DNA of 64,000 bases, from positions 620,001-684,000 of the forward strand of contig CATNEN010000028.1 of the NCBI GenBank assembly GCA_950097015.1. Direction: 5' to 3'. The position numbers and the translations under genes were made by a program. The number at the start of each line of letters is the position of its first letter. Position 1 is the stretch's first letter. Positions 1 through 12,200 of this stretch are shown piece by piece. Origin of the DNA: Macrostomum hystrix (taxonomy: Eukaryota > Animalia > Platyhelminthes). The notes beneath the pieces were generated by a model. It worked only from the letters and a program-made list of their open reading frames with translations. It ran no database searches and was not told the origin of the DNA.

Positions 1-1117
1 TGCTGATGAAATACGAAATGTACTTTTTGCTGCAGTCCAAAACTTTCGCTCTGTCTCTCTCTCACCCTCTTTTTTCGGTCGTCAAAATACCTCGGAAACT
101 TTATCGAAGCTGGAATGCACTTCTCTGCCACTGCATTAACCACAAAAGCAACGACCGCAGTCAGCTTTTGGGAAGCTATTGTTGTGTTTATAGGAGCTTA
201 GCGTCTGATACCTGCTTAAAAGTACATCAGGGCCTTCACTAAATGATGAAAACTGATAGAAAATGAGTTTGCCATTGTTTAGTATTAACAACTAGTTGAT
301 TTACGTAAACAAACGGGGCTTATCAATAGATAGTGGGCTAAATCTTCTACGAGCTACTTTTAACAGTAGTGAGCGAAAATAATTGCAGAAATTAATTTGT
401 TAAACAAACTGTGTTTATCCATTTGGGTACCAAATTTGGGTACCAAAATCTTCAACGCGTGTCTGGCGTCTGTACTTTTTCTATCCGCACGAAACTCCCC
501 GTTTTCATGCTCCACTGACACCGGAGTAGATCCTAGATTTCTGGACGACTTACATGGTATAATGCAGTCATTCAGGCCTTCAGCATTCCACATCCTCAAC
601 TCCTTGTCATTCCTCTCTCGTTCCACTAAGTCTGCAGTAGCCTCATCGGGTGCCCACCCACCCTCCCGCGGCTTCATTCTCTGTTGACTTACATCGACCA
701 GGTACTATTGAGGCTTGCTGCTCAGCATGAAACCCCTCAAAGCCTTCAATATTAATTACCGCCTACACACTTTTTCTGTTTATTTTAAGATGAAATTCTT
801 CATAATTATCTTCTTCATCAACAAAAAAGCGCGCCAACGCAAGCCTCTAGTGAGCGTGTGCTTGTGTACTCAGAACTCAAGCTTCGAGTTGACTTTTCCC
901 ATGCTAAAAAAATGGCGCTTTTTTCTTATACGAACCGAATTGTCTTCAACAGTGTGTAAACACGTCAGGGGTTAAACCTATCAATCATTTTTATAGGCAA
1001 AATATTGCATGCAGTGTGACATATCTTGAAGTGACGATGGGTTGAAAGCTAGTTTAGCGGACCATATCATGGATAATGATGTTTTTATACAATTATAGTA
1101 AAAAAAAGAATAATTTT

Positions 1118-1320
1118 GCAGGATGGTCGTGGGCTGTGGCACACCATTGTGTGACGGTAGACCGCAGCCATTGAGGAGGCAATTCTGCTGAATCCTGAGC
1201 ACACAGATACCGTACGCAGGCACACACTCACACAGGTGTGTACATCTGCCCTGACTTTCTCATCGTCAGGCATTGTACACTCTCACTGTGCTTCGGGGGT
1301 TGAACCCTTGGAAATGGAGA
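1118..1320 (-). mobile_element. Degenerate fragment of a dispersed repeat, paralogous to the IS630/Tc1-like relic at 27.6-28.2 kb
   Basis: Near-identical block 'cacacaggtgtgtacatctgccctgactttctcatcgtcaggca' and flanking similarity (gaggaggcaattctg) shared with about 27990-28140; both translate to LPDDEKVRADVHTCVSVCLRTVS on the minus strand. Confidence 0.5.
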
Positions 1321-2221
1321 AAAGTTAAGCAAACAATGCAATAAAAAAGTTTGATTGCCAAACAATTTATTAAATTCCTTGTCAGATTTTAACGCAATCT
1401 AAAATTCTTCCTCACCTAGTGTACAAGTGCAACAGCTAAAAGATCAGATCCAGAAATCGTCTGGGCAGTAGATAAGACAGTGACTGGGCCCGGACTGGCA
1501 GCTCTGGACAGAAAGTCAATCATTTTTTCTGCTTATTTTTCACCCGAATTCTATCGGTGCTATTGTGCTTTGAAACAGGTGGTCGTAAAATTAAACTAAA
1601 CGAATGTTATTAGATAGTGAGCTCTAGCGACAGCTGTGACAAATGATAAGTAGCACAAGCGACAGCGGACAGGCAGGCAAAGAGAAAAAACGGTCCAAAA
1701 GCAGCGTTGCCAGCAGAGACACGACGGGTGGCGCCCCCTCCTACCAGTGCTGCGCGCCCGTCTGTAAGGAGTGAGACGACCGGAGAGGAAGAGAGAACAG
1801 AGTGTGAGAGAGGCAGAGACACATGCAGACAGCTTGGAGAAGCTAGCACGGGGCAGAGGTATAGTTAGAGCGGGTTGTCGGCTAAGAGAGACTTTACAGA
1901 GGCCCTGCTCCAAGAGCCAACCTCTACGCAGAGGCTGGCTAAAATCCAGAATCCGCAGCCATCGCCAGACAGTGTAAACCAACCGACCTTTCTAAGGCCA
2001 TAAAAAACACAGCGGAGAAAAGAGGTAAAGTGAATCCAATCACTTTAGCTGAACGCTGGATAAGAACACTCACCTAACTCAGGTAAAGAGTGTTGACCTT
2101 CGCATCTAAACACGCTGCCTGAGACTGTCAAAGGCCTTCATTCGTTCCAAATGGGGCCGGCACTATTAGCCAGCTGGGCAGCGGAGGTACAATAAGCTAT
2201 AGCGCCGCAGTTCTGGTTAGC

Positions 2222-4891
2222 ATGTCCAGTGCCAGTCAGCAGCGTCAGCAGCCAGCCTCGGACGACGGCGAAGAGTCCGGCGTCAGCAGGCTGCCACAGG
2301 TGTCCCGACAACGCAGCCTGCTCACAGGAGCTAGCTTTGTCGCAGCCACAGCCGCATCGTCGGCTGCACAGTCGTCAAAGGATGGCCAAAGTCGGCGACA
2401 CCGTCGACGCCCCGGAGCCATCATCGGGGCGAACCTCAGCGCAACCAAGTTCGACATCATCCACCTGGCTGCTGAACGACTCGGCTTCGCTATCAGCGCT
2501 GATGAGGACTATGTCACACCATTTCTGATCTGGAGCGACTTGGGCGTTCCGCCAGAGAGAATCTCCGAGTTGAGGCCGCACCAGAGGATTAATCATTTTC
2601 CCGGCATGTCGGAGATCAGCCGCAAGGACCTTCTGAGCCGCAACATGGCCAAATTGGCCCGCGTCCTCCCGCACGAGTACAACTTTGCGCCAAGGACCTG
2701 GTGCCTGCCGGGCGAGTACAGCAGCTTCCTGCAGCACGCCAGGGAGCTGCGAAAGGCTGGCAAGATGCGCTCGTTTATCTATAAGCCAGCTAACGGAGCC
2801 ATGGGTCACGGAATCCGAATCTATAAGAACGGCGAACAAGTGCCCAGCGGCGGCGCCGGCAGTGTCAACGGTGGTGTCGAAACGACCGGCCCGGCCATTG
2901 TGCAGGAGTACATCGCCAAGCCGCTGCTAATTGACGGCTTCAAGTGTGACTTGCGCATCTACGTCCTCGTGACTTCGTGCGACCCACTGCGCGTGTACTT
3001 TTACAATGATGGGTTACTGCGCCTGAGTACGGAGAAGTACGTCGATCCGCAAAAATGTGAGTCAGACACGCTTTACATGCATCTGACCAACTACTCCATC
3101 AACAAGCGCAGCGAGAACTACGCCAAAGGCGACGATGATAGCACAGGCAGCAAGCGTTCCATCAGATTTCTCAACGAGTATCTGCAGAAGCGCGACTACG
3201 ATGTGCCCCTGATGTGGCGCAACATCATCGACCTGCTGGTGAAGACCATACTGGCCGCCCTGCCGCACCTGCTCCAGAACTACCGGATGTGCCGGCCGGC
3301 CTCACCACCAGGCTCCGACTCAGTCTGCTTCGAGATCCTCGGCTTCGATGTGCTGCTCGATCACAAGCTGAAGCCCTGGCTACTGGAGGTCAATCGATCG
3401 CCCAGCTTTGGTGCCGAGCAGCCCATCGATCGCCGCGTGAAGCTGGGCGTTCTGGACGAGGCGCTGCGCCTGTTGAACATTCGGGCCTCGGACAAAGCCA
3501 GACACGCGAACGCGCAGAAGGCTCAGTCGCAACGGCGGCTAATGCGAGGACGCAGCAACGGAGCAGACCACAATCAGCTCAACCAGCAGCTTCTGCAGCA
3601 GCAGCAGCGCGAGCGCGAGCTGGTTCGACGACGCGAAGAGCTCATGGCGCAACTAGAACGACTTCGACGTGAGTCCGACCGAGAGGAGCACGAGATTCGC
3701 ACCTGCCGCCGATTCCGGCGGATATTTCCTGGAGACGATCGGGTCAGTCAGGAGCGCTACGTCCGCCTTCTGCTGACAGCATTCACCACACTTATGTCTG
3801 GGCGCGGCGGGACGGGAGGCGGAACCCTTAAGGACCTCGAGCAGCAGTACAGCTGCGAGCGGCCGAGGCAGGAGGAGCTCCTGGAACAGTTGGCACGCTG
3901 TGCCGAGCAACTGCAGACAACGGAGACTTCAGGAAGGCTGCAGAGCGAAAGACATCATCAGCGACAGCGCAGGCCGCGGGAGAGGCATCAGCCACCAGCG
4001 CCGTTGCGTCGAAACCTGTCCTTGACACTGTCTGCAGACGAAATACTCCGCGACAGTGTCGACGAGGAAGAATCTGAAGAATCTGAGGATGCAGTGGACA
4101 GTGACGAGAAAGACGACGCCGACCAGACGGAGGTAAGCGACAAGGTTCGACAAGAGGCCGAGACGGCCTCGACCGAGGAGGCCTCCGAAAGGTTCCCAGC
4201 CGTGTCCGCGACGCCCACGATGACCACCGCATCGACTCCGCGCCGCCGGCACACAATCGTCGGCGCAGGCGCCGAACGAAGTCGCAGCGTTCAAACCGAG
4301 CGCAGCGACCCGCAGGAGGCAGAGCAGTTGAACCGACGAATGCTCGGCCAGCTGAATGAGCTCTGCATCCGGTTTCCAGGAAAATCAGCCCAGCAGGCCG
4401 AGCAGGTTCTGGCCGGTCTGCGCCAGAACTGGCGCCAGAATAAGGCGCTGGTAGCCGGCTACTGGCTGGCCAAGCTGGACATGGATAAGCGGCGCAAAGT
4501 GATCGACATTGTGCGCCAGAATGTGCGCGCTTCTCTGGCGCGCGGCTGGCGCGGTGGAGACATCGAGGAGTCGCGCCTCTGCCGCTTATTTGACCGGGTC
4601 TTCGCCAGATTGCTCTCCTCCAACGGCCAGGGTCTCTGGGCGACGTTCGGCAACTTTGCCAGCTGGGAAGCGGCCCTGCTGAAACTGCGGGAGCCGCCGA
4701 GTTTGTCGGAGATCGCCTGCTGCCGTCGAGTAGTGCAGCTGTGCCAGGACTGCTTGCTCACCGTGTTCCTGTTCTCCGGACAGTCTCCCACCCCGATATC
4801 GTCGTCCGTTGCAATGACTCCGGACTCCGGCCTTCAGCGAGACAGACCGAGCCTCTCTGTTGGCTCGACACCGAGAGCTTCTCTGCGCTGA
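2222..4891 (+). CDS. TTLL7: Tubulin polyglutamylase TTLL7-like, single exon, 889 aa
   Basis: TTL-domain motifs INHFPGMSEISRKDLL, KPANGAMGHGI, VQEYIAKPLLIDGFKCDLRIYVLVTSCDPL, HLTNYSINK and CFEILGFDVLLDHKLKPWLLEVNRSPSF. KPANGAMGHGI and the C-terminal YWLAKLD..KRRKVIDIV match TTLL7 as recalled. Confidence 0.9.
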   Translation: MSSASQQRQQPASDDGEESGVSRLPQVSRQRSLLTGASFVAATAASSAAQSSKDGQSRRHRRRPGAIIGANLSATKFDIIHLAAERLGFAISADEDYVTPFLIWSDLGVPPERISELRPHQRINHFPGMSEISRKDLLSRNMAKLARVLPHEYNFAPRTWCLPGEYSSFLQHARELRKAGKMRSFIYKPANGAMGHGIRIYKNGEQVPSGGAGSVNGGVETTGPAIVQEYIAKPLLIDGFKCDLRIYVLVTSCDPLRVYFYNDGLLRLSTEKYVDPQKCESDTLYMHLTNYSINKRSENYAKGDDDSTGSKRSIRFLNEYLQKRDYDVPLMWRNIIDLLVKTILAALPHLLQNYRMCRPASPPGSDSVCFEILGFDVLLDHKLKPWLLEVNRSPSFGAEQPIDRRVKLGVLDEALRLLNIRASDKARHANAQKAQSQRRLMRGRSNGADHNQLNQQLLQQQQRERELVRRREELMAQLERLRRESDREEHEIRTCRRFRRIFPGDDRVSQERYVRLLLTAFTTLMSGRGGTGGGTLKDLEQQYSCERPRQEELLEQLARCAEQLQTTETSGRLQSERHHQRQRRPRERHQPPAPLRRNLSLTLSADEILRDSVDEEESEESEDAVDSDEKDDADQTEVSDKVRQEAETASTEEASERFPAVSATPTMTTASTPRRRHTIVGAGAERSRSVQTERSDPQEAEQLNRRMLGQLNELCIRFPGKSAQQAEQVLAGLRQNWRQNKALVAGYWLAKLDMDKRRKVIDIVRQNVRASLARGWRGGDIEESRLCRLFDRVFARLLSSNGQGLWATFGNFASWEAALLKLREPPSLSEIACCRRVVQLCQDCLLTVFLFSGQSPTPISSSVAMTPDSGLQRDRPSLSVGSTPRASLR

Positions 4892-5009
4892 GCACCATCG
4901 AACAATGGTCATTCTACCTGATTGCCCGATGTTGCCTTTGCCATTTTTTCTGAGAAATTACTTCTCCGTGATCTGTGACACACGAGCGTACAATCGCTCT
5001 ACCTGATTA

Positions 5010-6328
5010 TTCAGTAAGTACCCAGCCATTCCCCATCATTCAGTGAGTACCTACTCAGCCATTCCCCATCATTCAGTACCTACTCAGCCATTCCCCATCA
5101 TTCAGTACCTACTCAGCCATTCCCCATCATTCAGTGAGTACCTACTCAGCCATTCCCCATCATTCAGTGAGTACCTACCCAGCCATTCCCCATCATTCAG
5201 TGAGTACCTACCCAGCCATTCCCCATCATTCAGTGAGTACCTACCCAGCCATTCCCCATCATTCAGTGAGTACCTACTCAGCCATTCCCCATCATTCAGT
5301 GAGTACCTACCCAGCCATTCCCCATCATTCAGTGAGTACCTACCCAGCCATTCCCCATCATTCAGTGAGTACCTACTCAGCCATTCCCCATCATTCAGTG
5401 AGTACCTACCCAGCCATTCCCCATCATTCAGTGAGTACCTACTCAGCCATTCCCCATCATTCAGTGAGTACCTACTCAGCCATTCCCCATCATTCAGTGA
5501 GTACCTACCCAGCCATTCCCCATCATTCAGTGAGTACCTACTCAGCCATTCCCCATCATTCAGTGAGTACCTACTCAGCCATTCCCCATCATTCAGTGAG
5601 TACCTACCCAGCCATTCCCCATCATTCAGTGAGTACCTACTCAGCCATTCCCCATCATTCAGTGAGTACCTACCCAGCCATTCCCCATCATTCAGTGAGT
5701 ACCTACCCAGCCATTCCCCATCATTCAGTGAGTACCTAACCAGCCATTCCCCATCATTCAGTGAGTACCTACTCAGCCATTCCCCATCATTCAGTGAGTA
5801 CCTACCCAGCCATTCCCCATCATTCAGTGAGTACCTACCCAGCCATTCCCCATCATTCAGTGAGTACCTACCCAGCCATTCCCCATCATTCAGTGAGTAC
5901 CTACTCAGCCATTCCCCATCATTCAGTGAGTACCTACTCAGCCATTCCCCATCATTCAGTGAGTACCTACCCAGCCATTCCCCATAATTCAGTGAGTACC
6001 TACTCAGCCATTCCCCATCATTCAGTGAGTACCTACCCAGCCATTCCCCATCATTCAGTGAGTACCTACTCAGCCATTCCCCATCATTCAGTGAGTACCT
6101 ACTCAGCCATTCCCCATCATTCAGTGAGTACCTAACCAGCCATTCCCCATCATTCAGTGAGTACCTACTCAGCCATTCCCCATCATTCAGTGAGTACCTA
6201 CCCAGCCATTCCCCATCATTCAGTGAGTACCTACCCAGCCATTCCCCATCATTCAGTGAGTACCTACTCAGCCATTCCCCATCATTCAGTGAGTACCTAA
6301 CCAGCCATTCCCCATCATTCAGTGAGTG
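5010..6328 (+). repeat. 33-bp minisatellite (cagtgagtacctac[t/c]cagccattccccatcatt), about 40 copies, downstream of the TTLL7 stop; possibly the body of a 3'UTR intron
   Basis: Period is visible directly and gives the 11-aa periodicity of the spurious ORFs. The first unit begins with GTAAGT at 5014; a candidate acceptor 'catatcag' lies at about 6374. Confidence 0.95.
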
Positions 6329-6924
6329 ACATGTTACATGCAAATTAAAAGTGAAGGAGTATTGATACATATCAGATTTCCAGCACTTTCGCTTGTTCAG
6401 TGGAGATAAATGTTTCTTCCAATTTATATTTCTTGTATTTGAAATGATCAGTTTCTTTGCTTTTTCTGTTTCTCGTTACCGGACACTTTCAGCGCCCTCG
6501 TGTTTACACACGTTTCTACATGCACAAGCGGATATTAATAGATTGTTATTATTTTCATAGGACAGAAAACCCTGTTATATTTAAGTTTATAAGATACATT
6601 TTTAGTTTAAAAAGATGACTGATTAAACAGAAAACTACTTGTGCAGATAAGACTACTCGACCATATGCCTGCTATATTTTTATATTGTTGGCACTTTTTT
6701 TCCTTGTCTCTAAACAACTTCTGTTTTCCCACTTCTTACTTGCACTGAAAACCGAAAAAACTACTTGAAATTACCTGTCTTTGAGGGAAAAAACTACCAA
6801 ATTACGAGAATAGGGTAATTTAATTGAAGCTAAAATTAGCATGTCCTTGTTGAGGACAATTAGCATTTCATTGCTCTTTTGGGACAGTAGCAGGCTTAAG
6901 TGATTAAAAATCTACCTCATGACA

Positions 6925-7477
6925 ACTCAGTAGGGACTTCTAAACCAGTAGGCATAGGGACTGCTAGATCAGTAGGGACTGCTAGATCAGTAGGGACTTC
7001 TAAACCAGTAGGCACTGCTAGATCAGTAGGCACTGCTAGATCAGTAGGGACTGCTAGATCAGTAGGGACTGCTAGATCAGTAGGTACTGCTAGATCAGTA
7101 GGGACTTCTAGATCAGTAGGGACTGCTAGATCAGTAGGGACTGCTAGATCAGTAGGGACTTCTAAACCAGTAGGCACTGCTAGATCAGTAGGCACTGCTA
7201 GATCAGTAGGCACTGCTAGATCAGTAGGGACTGCTAGATCAGTAGGGACTGCTAGATCAGTAGGGACTGCTAGATCAGTAGGGACTTCTAGATCAGTAGG
7301 GACTGCTAGATCAGTAGGGACTGCTAGATCAGTAGGGACTGCTAGATCAGTAGGGACTTCTAGATCAGTAGGGACTGCTAGATCAGTAGGGACTGCTAGA
7401 TCAGTAGGGACTTCTAAACCAGTAGGCACTGCTAGATCAGTAGGGACTGCTAGATCAGTAGGGACAGCTAGATCAGT
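6925..7477. repeat. 18-bp minisatellite (tagggactgctagatcag), about 30 copies
   Basis: Direct tandem periodicity; explains the GTARSV / VPTDLA ORFs. Confidence 0.95.
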
Positions 7478-8964
7478 TTTGAAAAAGTACGTGGGGTTAA
7501 ATAACACAATAACGAAATGATAAGCATTAGAGGTGTAAAATTTCATTTTCCCGATTGTAAAAGGTTAGCGGTGCCAATGAAGTAGATCGGGTGTGAATAT
7601 ATTTCAACCAGTTATTATACATAAAATGGTTTGAAGCAAAGGAATAGCCTTATAATTAATCAATTCAGAGGGCATACGAGTACAAGCTGCACTAATGGAG
7701 GCTTTGTTAAGCATGCTGCATACATTTTGTTAATTAGTGAAATAAAGTGTCATAATTGAAGTATGTCGATTCTATCTAATTAAAAATTCCAAGATCGACT
7801 TTATAAAAAGGTGTGCCAAAGAAGTATGGGTAATTAAAAATGTGAGAAAAACGTGCGCGCAAACCATGCTACTGTTAGTAATTGTTAGTTCGCATCAATG
7901 AGATGCGAAAAAAACAAAGGGACAAAAAGCGGAAAAAATCGTTTAGGGAATACCAACTCTAAAAAGTAGACACATTCGCGCGAGAAGGAATTTTTTCAGT
8001 CATCACTTCAATTTTTTCTTATCAACAAAAATATTTCGTTTCAAAAATCAAAATTTGTTAAATAAATATCAAACTCAACCAGAAGTTGTCTCTATGCATG
8101 GCTATGTAATTTTCGTTAAATAATAACAAAGGACGCAGCGCACATTATTTACAAGAAAACCACCAGAAATTCAAGTTCTAGATTTGGGAGTCCCTAGGAT
8201 AATTAACAGCATCAAACAAACGGCTCGACAATGCGCAACAAACGGTCCAATGGGTCCCGACCAAAAATTGCAAGTCGCCCAACCGAGTACCTTTATTAAA
8301 TTAAATAAATGAGTACAGGGCGCGGTGGCCGAAAACGATGTCGCCACCAGTAGTGCGGCTTCAAGGTCGGTATGTTTTGTTAATTAAAAAAAGCACACAT
8401 AGAACACAAAACAGCTACAAAAGACCAACATGGCCACATTGCTGGCAGACGAGCTCAGACTTGAAGAAACTAACGAATTTCTTGTTTAACTAACTTCTGT
8501 TTAGAAAAAGTTCAAATTTCTTAAATCGTTTTAAATTCCCGAATTCTTTATCTTAAACTTGAACTTCAGTATTTACAGTAGCAAAGAAGGAAAAAGCATT
8601 AGGATGATGAGTAGAACTCACTTTGAGTTCACAGAAAACCAACTCAATATTGGGGCGGGCTAAAAACAGTAGATTAATCTACACAAGACGACAAGGTACA
8701 GCCAAAAAGTCTATATAAATGACGCACGGACACACGATGAAAATAAATTAGTGATTAATGTTGCACAACGCGCGAACACTTGACCATTATTGATCCTGTC
8801 AGATTACTAAGAGTATCGATACCAAGCACTATGTAGATCGACAAATTTAACAACTTTAATTTTGATATAACAGATTCGTAAATATTAAAGAACGGATTAA
8901 GTTTAAAATATCTGCAAATTCTTTAATTAGCATCAGCTAACTGAAATTGTTATTTACCTTTCTT

Positions 8965-9170
8965 AACTAACTCCGTTCAATTAGCTTCTGCTAAATAACA
9001 AAATTAATGAACTTCCGTTAACTGATTATCGTTAATTCGAATCCGTTAACTAACCTCTGTAAATTAGCTTCTGCTAAATGACATCGTTAACTAGCTTCCG
9101 TTAAATTACATCGTTGATTAGCTTCCGTTAACTAACTCTGTGAATTAGCTGCCGTTAACAGAGGTTCGTT
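8965..9170. repeat. Degenerate short tandem repeats (ttagcttccgttaa-like) just 3' of the Argonaute stop
   Basis: Recurrent 'agcttc(c/t)g(t/c)taa' and 'gttaact' motifs. Confidence 0.55.
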
Positions 9171-9276
9171 ATTTTTTTCGTCAACTATTGAATATTTGAA
9201 TTGAATTCGCACAAAAAAACTATTGACACCTTAAACAAGACTTTCTTAGTACGAAGTATATATCAAATTTCAGTTC

Positions 9277-12200
9277 TCAGGCGAAGTACATGACCCGCAT
9301 GGTCTCCGGGTGCACGGTGACAGCACGCAGCATGGCTGTCGGCGTGCGCTCGTCCGAGTTGCCGCTTTTCTGCGAGCCCTCGCCTGAGTCCACCTCCTTC
9401 TCAACCAGGTGGTAGCGGGCGCGGAAAGCCACCAGGTGGGCATAATAAGCCGGAGCCGGGATGCTAACCGAGCGTGTGCAGCGAACGTAGGTGTGGCACA
9501 GCTGATAGGTCAGCACCTGCAGCTCGTCAGCCGAGAATTTGTTGTCATCCCACAGCACGTGGTAGTGAGAGGGCCGGCTGGTGCCCTGGAAACATTAGGA
9601 AAGGATTCATTGTCAGTGAAGTCACTAAATGGCTAATTGCAGGTAAGTGAATAAGATCATTAGGGGAGGTCAACTGTCAACTGAGGGGGATAAATTACCA
9701 ACTGATGGGATAATTTACCAACTGAGGGGGATAAATTACCAACTGATGGGATAATTTACCAACTGATGGGATAATTTACCAACAAATAGGATAATTTACC
9801 AACTGATGGGATTATTTACCAACTAATAGGATAATTTACCAGCTAAGGGAGGGTTAATAACTGAGTGGGACGGTGTCCCAGGGGGACAGTTTACCAGCAA
9901 AGGGGAGGGAAATTTACCAACTGAGGGAGTGAATCAACAAGCTGAAGCAAAACTCGCCAACTGAAGGGGATAAGTTACTAACCGAATGGAAGTATATTTA
10001 CTGGCAAACTGAGAAGAATCTATTTTGAAAGTAAAAAAACTAAAATCACTAGCTATCTAGTAGGATCATAAAAGCAAAAGTATATAAGACTAAAATGTGT
10101 TGAGACCCACCTGGATACCAGCATGGCTGCATAGGTAAAAGTCGAATTCTGTGGGATGCGTGATGGTCTGATCAACGGTAGTGCCAGCGGGAATATTGCC
10201 ACTCCGACCGGTCTTATCCTTGGCATCGGCGCAGAACAGTCGAGTGTGATGACGCTTCTGCACAGCTATGAACGTGATGCCTGGCTGATAGCCCAGCTCC
10301 AGCCTAGTGCAGGCCTCTCTGAGAGCGCGCAGTTCGTGTGATTGCACAGCCTGAAATTGGCCCTCACTGACGCCGTCCCGGTAATAGACAATGCGAGTAG
10401 GCTTAAACCTGGTGCTGCGATAAAAGTGCAATAGAAGCTCTCGAACCATGGCGCACAGTTCCGTGATTTTCTCTTCGCGATGACCTTGAACGCGAACGCT
10501 GGCAGCGTAGCGACTGGGGTGGGCGTCCATGCTGGCCACCACGGCGGCGATGGACGGCTTGGCGCGATCTCCGGCTGGCGGGTGGGTGACATCGCCGCCA
10601 AGGAAGATGACCGGCTCGCGGAATATGGGCGGACGAACGCCGGGCACCAGGATGGAATTGATGCCGCCGAGTTTAACGTTGATCTTCAGGCAGAGATTGC
10701 TTAGCGTCTGCGGCGAGGTCTTGTTAACGTTGCGAGCCTGCACGCACTGGGTGGCCAGGCCGAACATGATGTCGCCGACTCGCTTCACTTCGGCGTAAAC
10801 CTGGGATTGGGCGGGTGCTGGCTATTAGTTTCTCATTGGGTCTTGCAAGTATCCGGAATTTGGGTCAGTGGGATCTGGGTCAGTGTGATCTGGGTCAGTG
10901 GAATCTGGGTCAGTGGGATCGAGTCATTGGGATGGGGGTCAGTGGGACCCGAGTCTTATCAGTGGGATCTGGGTCAGTGGGATCTGAGTCAGTGTGATCC
11001 GGGTTCATGGGATCTGGGTCAGTGGGATGGGGGTCAGTGGGACCCGAGTCTTATCAGTGGGATCTGGGTCAGTGGGATCTGAGTCAGTGTAATCCGGGTT
11101 CGTGGGATCTGGGTCAGTGGGATCCGAGTTTTATCAGTGGGATCTGAATCTTATCAGTGGGATCTGAGTCTTATCAGTGGGATCTGAGTCTTATCAGTGG
11201 GATCTGAGTCTTATCAGTGGGATCTGTACTCACTGGCGTCTTGCCGGGCAGCACAACCACAATGAGCTGCAGTCCATGGAAGGTGTTCTTCAAATAGCGG
11301 AACATCGGTTCCACCTGGTCCTGACCGTTGGCGTACTTGCAGAAGCAGGGCTGGCCGGTGATGGCCATGCCGGCGTCCTGGCTGATGCGCTGCAGCTGCT
11401 GGGTGAACTGGCGCAGCGAGTCCTCACGCACCGTCCGCTGGGCGGCGAAGCAGGCGATGGCCCAGACTTTGATCTCGATGCCGGCAAAGAACTGCTTGCC
11501 GCGCATGTCCCAGACACCCTGCTGCGGCAGGGCCTGGGCGCGGGTCCGGCCTCCGTACTGGATCTTGGGCGCCGGCAGGACTCGGCCGCCGATGTCAGCC
11601 ATGCGAGTTTGCACCTGCAAGATACAATGATATCTTGACGAATATCTTGACGATGCTGACTAGGACGGCGTTGAAAATCTTTCACGAGAATCGGTCGTTC
11701 ATTTTGGGAAAAAGTGCGGTCTTTCTACTTTTAATCTTCAGATTCCATGTTTTCAACAAACAACACTGCGTGAAGGTTATTATCTAACGAACGCACCTGG
11801 ATTCCAAAAGTCTGCAGGTGACTGTCGTGACTAAAATTGGCTTTCCGCACCAGATTATTAATTTCACGCTCCCGATCCGGGGCCGACCTAGCAGTGGCCT
11901 TGATCATGGTTGACGTCTGCGAGTCAGTCAGCTTCTTAATGCAGCGCTGACCGCTGACAATGTTGCAGACTTCCAGAGGCAGGTAAGTGTGCTTGTTCTC
12001 CTGGCCAACCTGATGTTTAAACAGGGTGGACTGAAGAGTACTTCTCTATGGTAAACAGCTGGGTATGGTACACTGAACGAAGCGTCACTCACCTGCAGAC
12101 AGGGCAGCATAGGATAGCGCAGTCGCATGCGATACCGCTCTGCAAAGTACTTGGCCACTGTGCAGTCAACAGTCTGGCCATTCTCCATCTGCAACGGGAA

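Noticed and set aside
360-975. Small ORFs at the window start (105, 96 and 86 aa)
   Set aside because: No recognisable motif or consistent splice signals.
5043-7546. Long ORFs (SHSPSFSEYL)n, (RYSLNDGEW)n, (GTARSV)n and (VPTDLA)n
   Set aside because: Produced by 33-bp and 18-bp tandem units that are multiples of 3; open on both strands, with no credible start or domain.
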